Below are positions 15,038-18,466 of a stretch of DNA of 18,466 bases, piece by piece. Numbering within the stretch: the stretch's first letter is position 1; each line of letters starts with the position of its first letter. The DNA is from Promethearchaeota archaeon (GTDB lineage: Archaea > Asgardarchaeota > Hermodarchaeia > Hermodarchaeales > Hermodarchaeaceae), in the NCBI GenBank assembly GCA_048938295.1, contig JBHLMI010000040.1, positions 1-18,466 on the forward strand. The letters run 5' to 3'. The notes beneath the pieces were generated by a model. The model saw only the letters and a program-made list of their open reading frames with translations. It was not told the DNA's origin and did not search any database. The position numbers were made by a program, and so were the translations under genes.

Positions 15038-16536
15038 TGAAACAGCATCGGAGACAAGAGATATTGACACAACGACCCCAATTCAAACTGCTCTCGGAGC
15101 AGGAAGTTCATCGAATTCACTCAGAAAGCCTCCATTTGCTTGAGGAAGTTGGGATGAAAATCCAAAGTCATGACGCATTAGAGCTCCTTAAAGAAGCCGG
15201 AGCCTCAGTAAATTTTAACAAGGAACATGCCTATTTCCCCTCTTCACTCGTCGAAGAGCAACTAAAGCATGCACCCTCCTCAATCCAGTTATTTGACCGT
15301 GAAGGGCATCCAGCTGTTCTCCTTGAAGGAGATCAAGTCCAATTCAATCCAGGCTCGGCTGCAACGCATATTTTGGACCACGAAACCGGTGCACGACGTC
15401 ATCCAACCGTCAAAGATGTTATCGACTTCGCCCAGGTAACTGAGGCGTTACCTTACATCGATGCTCAAAGCACTGCCCTCATCCCCGCAGATGTACCTCC
15501 ACTCCTCGCGGATCGTTATCGGTTATACCTACTCCTTCAGCACTCAACAAAACCCATCATAACCGGCACTTTTGCGCTTGATGCTTTTAACGATATGAAG
15601 CAAATGCTTGAAGTTATAGCAGGGGGACCCAAGAAGCTCCGAGACAAACCACGAGCCATCTTTGATACGTGTCCATCTGCCCCATTACAATGGAGTGAAC
15701 TGACAGTTCATGATCTCCTATTTGGTGCATCCGCCGGAATTCCAATTGAACTTATTTCAATGCCCCAACTTGGAGCAACCGGTCCGATTACTATCGCTGG
15801 GTCGTTGGTATTGCATAATGCTGAGTCGCTGAGCGGTGTTGTACTCGCCCAACTTGCAAATAAGGGTGCACCGGTAATTTATGGCGGTTCTCCCACAGCT
15901 GTCGATATGCAGTATGGAACAGCGCGGCTTGGAGCCATTGAAAGCATGATGCTTACATGCGCCTATGCACAGATAGCAAAGCATTACAATCTCCCAACCC
16001 ACGGGTACATGGGCCTTTCAGACGCTAAAATTGGTGCCGATGCCCAAGTAGGTTATGAGGCAGCAACTGGATTTCTCCTTGCAGCGATGTCAGGAATTAA
16101 TAACATCGCGGGTGCTGGAATGCTTATTTTTGAAAGCACCCAAAGTTATGAAAAACTAGTCATCGACGACATGCTTGCGGGGATGGTGAAACGGTTCATG
16201 ACCGGCGTTGAAGTGAATGATGGCACCCTTGCCTTGGATGAGCTCCGAGAAGTTGGGACCAAAGGTGGCGATTTCCTCCGCTTGCGGCACACGCTAGCCT
16301 GGTTCCGGAAAGAGCACTACATGCCGGGTAAATTAGTCGACCGCCAACCGTTCGAAAGCTGGCAATCCCAAGGAGCATTGACCAGTTTAGACCGGGCTCG
16401 TGAGCGTGTCCAAGAAATTCTAACCACCTACGACGTACCCACGCTAAACAACTCACAACTTCAAGATTTGAACGCGATTGCTAAAACCTTCATGAAGCGT
16501 CATAAGAGTTCCTCGCTGCCCCATGGTCCAAGCTGA
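15034..16536 (+). CDS. Trimethylamine methyltransferase (MttB) superfamily protein, non-pyrrolysine type
   Basis: 500 aa with ATGA overlap with the corrinoid gene. GATGPITIAGSLVLHNAESLSGVVLAQL, GAPVIYG, SDAK, GAGML...SYEKLVIDD, and TLALD...VG match MttB/MtgB. The residue just before SDAK (Pyl in Methanosarcina MttB) is Leu (CTT, 16015-16017), and there is no in-frame TAG. Confidence 0.93.
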   Translation: MMKQHRRQEILTQRPQFKLLSEQEVHRIHSESLHLLEEVGMKIQSHDALELLKEAGASVNFNKEHAYFPSSLVEEQLKHAPSSIQLFDREGHPAVLLEGDQVQFNPGSAATHILDHETGARRHPTVKDVIDFAQVTEALPYIDAQSTALIPADVPPLLADRYRLYLLLQHSTKPIITGTFALDAFNDMKQMLEVIAGGPKKLRDKPRAIFDTCPSAPLQWSELTVHDLLFGASAGIPIELISMPQLGATGPITIAGSLVLHNAESLSGVVLAQLANKGAPVIYGGSPTAVDMQYGTARLGAIESMMLTCAYAQIAKHYNLPTHGYMGLSDAKIGADAQVGYEAATGFLLAAMSGINNIAGAGMLIFESTQSYEKLVIDDMLAGMVKRFMTGVEVNDGTLALDELREVGTKGGDFLRLRHTLAWFRKEHYMPGKLVDRQPFESWQSQGALTSLDRARERVQEILTTYDVPTLNNSQLQDLNAIAKTFMKRHKSSSLPHGPS

Positions 16537-16542
16537 AAGTAC

Positions 16543-16560
16543 TCTAATTTGTTAATTAGA
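16543..16560. terminator. AT-rich inverted repeat just after the MttB-like gene (possible terminator or operator)
   Basis: TCTAATT-TGTT-AATTAGA is a perfect 7-bp stem starting 7 nt after the stop codon. It is weak (all but two pairs are A-T). Confidence 0.3.
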
Positions 16561-16672
16561 AATGTTTAATGCAAAACGAGCTCCTGTCGTCTAGGTAGAA
16601 CTCTTTTAAAGCTCTAAAACAAATATCCAACACACAGAACCGCGGGACAGGCTAGCTGGGAGGCGAGCGCGG

Positions 16673-17551
16673 TTGATACACAATGTTCTGTTACTCACCA
16701 GAAACGGCATCAAACTCTTCCACCGTTCATACTGGGCGATTGAAATCGACCAGCCAGTCGTTTCTGAATACATCCAATCCCTCCGCCAGCTCGAAAGAGA
16801 TACCGGTGAAGATCTCTCCGTGCCCATCTTTTTGGATGGCATGAAATTCATCCATAAATATGTCGACTCTGACCTTATCCTCGTCCTGGTCGCTGATCGT
16901 CAAGATAGGGACGAAATACTTCAAGAAAAAATCGACAACGCAGTCCGGACAATGAAGCAAAAATTCGCCAAACAGATTTGGGATTTCAAAAGTAACAGGA
17001 ATTCACAAGTATTCCAAGAACTTGGACCAATCATCGATCAAGCTATTGTGTCTACACTCAAGATTGTCCTTCTTGGCGAGGGGGGTGTGGGCAAAACCAC
17101 AATCTTAAAAATGCTCATGAGTCAACGCGCTGACCTTAATCATATTGCCACGATGGCTGTGTACGTAGAAGAGATGCAAACAGCAAAGCTTGGTCCGTAT
17201 GAGCTGGCCGTTTGGGACTTTCCTGGTCAGGAACTGTTGGTTCCAAAATGGAAAGATTATCTCCGTGGGACAGATGTTGTGTTGATGGTCACCGATTCGA
17301 CATTGAAGAACGTGATGTCAACTCGGAAATTAATTCCGATAATTCAGAAATGGACTGACGGTGCTTTGGTTTGGGCAATTGCAAACAAGCAGGACCTAAA
17401 AGATTCCCTCCTTCCTGATACTGTTGCACGACTTTTAGGGCTTCGCACCATCGGTTTAGTAGCAATTGATCCACGCAACAAGGAGTTACTATTTAAGACG
17501 CTGATGGGAGCTGCGGCGGAAGTAGCCTTTCCTGTAGAAGTTGCAAGCTAA
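16673..17551 (+). CDS. Longin domain fused to Arf/Sar-like small GTPase
   Basis: 292 aa with TTG start, GGGAGG SD at 16658-16663 and TATA-like TTTTAAA at 16604-16610. aa 1-~125 are longin-like (IHNVLLLTRNGIKLFHRSY...LILVLVAD). G1 GEGGVGKT, G2 Thr (IATMAV), G3 WDFPGQ, G4 ANKQD, G5 VAI. Confidence 0.85.
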   Translation: MIHNVLLLTRNGIKLFHRSYWAIEIDQPVVSEYIQSLRQLERDTGEDLSVPIFLDGMKFIHKYVDSDLILVLVADRQDRDEILQEKIDNAVRTMKQKFAKQIWDFKSNRNSQVFQELGPIIDQAIVSTLKIVLLGEGGVGKTTILKMLMSQRADLNHIATMAVYVEEMQTAKLGPYELAVWDFPGQELLVPKWKDYLRGTDVVLMVTDSTLKNVMSTRKLIPIIQKWTDGALVWAIANKQDLKDSLLPDTVARLLGLRTIGLVAIDPRNKELLFKTLMGAAAEVAFPVEVAS

Positions 17552-17589
17552 TGCTGTTTCAAGATGGCTTAGAATTTACGTTTCTGTTG

Positions 17590-17880
17590 TTAAAAGGATC
17601 TCGTTTTTTGGTTTCTGTTGTATATCCTTGCCAGCTGCTGAAGTCGGAATCGGATTAAGTCCTCGGTTTTCACTTCAATGGTGACTCCGGCATAACCACA
17701 CTCAGAGCAGAACCATTGCTCTTGAATTAGCGTCCCTGAAATATTAGTAAGTGGTTGAATGTTGGGACTAAAACATTGAGGACACACTTTGACCCATTCA
17801 CGATAGTTAGTACGCCCAATTTTTCCCGTGATATTATAAAGTTCTTTTTGGCTGCTAGGATTGGGATTCGTGTGGCTCAT
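17590..17880 (-). CDS. Small zinc-ribbon protein of unknown function
   Basis: Likely start is ATG 17880 with GAGGA SD, giving 96 aa; the ORF track extends to 17991. Contains CPQC-x20-WFCSECGY (two CxxC pairs). Confidence 0.7.
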   Translation of the reverse strand: MSHTNPNPSSQKELYNITGKIGRTNYREWVKVCPQCFSPNIQPLTNISGTLIQEQWFCSECGYAGVTIEVKTEDLIRFRLQQLARIYNRNQKTRSF

Positions 17881-18010
17881 GGTGTATTCCTCGGAGTGGC
17901 TGGGAAGATAGACGGATTTAAGGATTCCGAAACCAACCCTCTGCCTCTGATTATCTAAAAGGATGAAACGTCTTAAGGAGTTGCATTGCATATAGAGCCA
18001 GGAAGTTACA

Positions 18011-18283
18011 ATGCGAGCGATACAAGCTCTGGTGCAGGGTCGAGTGCAAGGGGTCTTCTTTCGTGCCTATACGCGTGACAAGGCACACCAACTTGGTGTT
18101 ACCGGATGGGTGCGAAATAATCCTGATGGAACTGTCGAATGTTATGCCCAGGGTGAAGATCCGGCCATTGAAGAGTTCATTCGGTTCCTCCATCGTGGAT
18201 CCCCATCGGCGTATGTCGACAATGTCGCTATAATCGAAGTCCAAGTTGATTCCACCCTTCGTGACTTCAAGATTACTTACTAA
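18011..18283 (+). CDS. acyP: Acylphosphatase
   Basis: 90 aa. VQGRVQGVFFR phosphate loop with catalytic Arg, GWVRNNPDGTVE with catalytic Asn, and GSPSAYVDNV. Confidence 0.96.
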   Translation: MRAIQALVQGRVQGVFFRAYTRDKAHQLGVTGWVRNNPDGTVECYAQGEDPAIEEFIRFLHRGSPSAYVDNVAIIEVQVDSTLRDFKITY

Positions 18284-18371
18284 CTTCCTACTCAATCTCA
18301 TGTAGCCGAAAGTATTCCCTGAAACTGTAGACTCTTAAGACAAGATACCAGAGTAGCCTGTGGTGGATTCT

Positions 18372-18466
18372 ATGAAAATTCTTGGCGTGATTGGTTCTGC
18401 ACGCAAACTGGGAAATTGCGAAGTCTTGGTTAAAGAGGCGTTATTGCAGGCTAAAAAGGAAGGCGC
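18372..18466 (+). CDS. Flavodoxin-like / iron-sulfur flavoprotein (NADPH-dependent FMN reductase family), 5' part only
   Basis: Translated by hand: MKILGVIGSARKLGNCEVLVKEALLQAKKEG..., the typical GSxRxxGNT/C FMN-binding N-terminus. GTGGTGG SD-like sequence upstream. Runs off the window end. Confidence 0.8.
   Translation, partial: MKILGVIGSARKLGNCEVLVKEALLQAKKEG

Noticed and set aside
16015-16017. Possible pyrrolysine (in-frame TAG) in the MttB homologue
   Set aside because: The equivalent codon is CTT (Leu), the ORF is uninterrupted, and no pyl genes or tRNA-Pyl are in the window.
16673-17551. Calling the GTPase a true Rag/Gtr orthologue
   Set aside because: Only the G3 string matches. The accessory domain is an N-terminal longin rather than a C-terminal roadblock, and G1/G4 look Arf/Ras-like.
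698-17958. The many 60-110 aa ORFs antisense to, or frame-shifted within, the main genes (e.g. 2027..2347, 4298..4582, 6273..6593, 10850..11176, 13540..13866)
   Set aside because: They are fully explained as shadow ORFs of well-supported genes and show no independent motifs.
17951-18301. 116-aa minus-strand ORF
   Set aside because: Antisense shadow of the acylphosphatase gene.
1-18466. CRISPR array, tRNA, rRNA, IS/transposase, intein
   Set aside because: By eye I found no regularly spaced direct repeats, no cloverleaf with T-loop consensus, no rRNA-like segment, no transposase motifs, and no unexplained insertions in TFB or the other conserved proteins.

Overview
Gene-dense archaeal chromosomal segment, most likely from an Asgard archaeon. 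This is inferred from TFB, GGTGA/GGAGG-type Shine-Dalgarno motifs, TATA-like promoters, two longin-domain proteins and a longin-small GTPase fusion; the exact lineage cannot be fixed from the window. Left to right: a ~600 bp non-coding or cryptic, hairpin-rich start; membrane-anchored SxxK serine hydrolase; winged-helix regulator; orphan N6/N4 DNA methyltransferase; 12-TM MFS-fold protein fused to a helix-hairpin-helix domain; a divergent longin-roadblock-tandem winged-helix protein whose C-terminus resembles eukaryotic NPRL2 (GATOR1); MinD/ParA-type ATPase; surface gingipain-like (C25) protease; TFB; MtaA/CmuA-family methyltransferase; SfsA; a cysteine-synthase-family / corrinoid protein / non-pyrrolysine MttB cluster; longin-Arf-like GTPase; small Zn-ribbon protein; acylphosphatase; and the start of a flavodoxin-like gene. 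No rRNA, tRNA, CRISPR array or transposase was seen. The best candidates for undescribed systems are (1) the MFS-HhH / NPRL2-like longin-roadblock / MinD module and (2) the PLP-enzyme-linked corrinoid methyl-transfer cluster. All homology calls come from motif recognition and memory, not from database searches.
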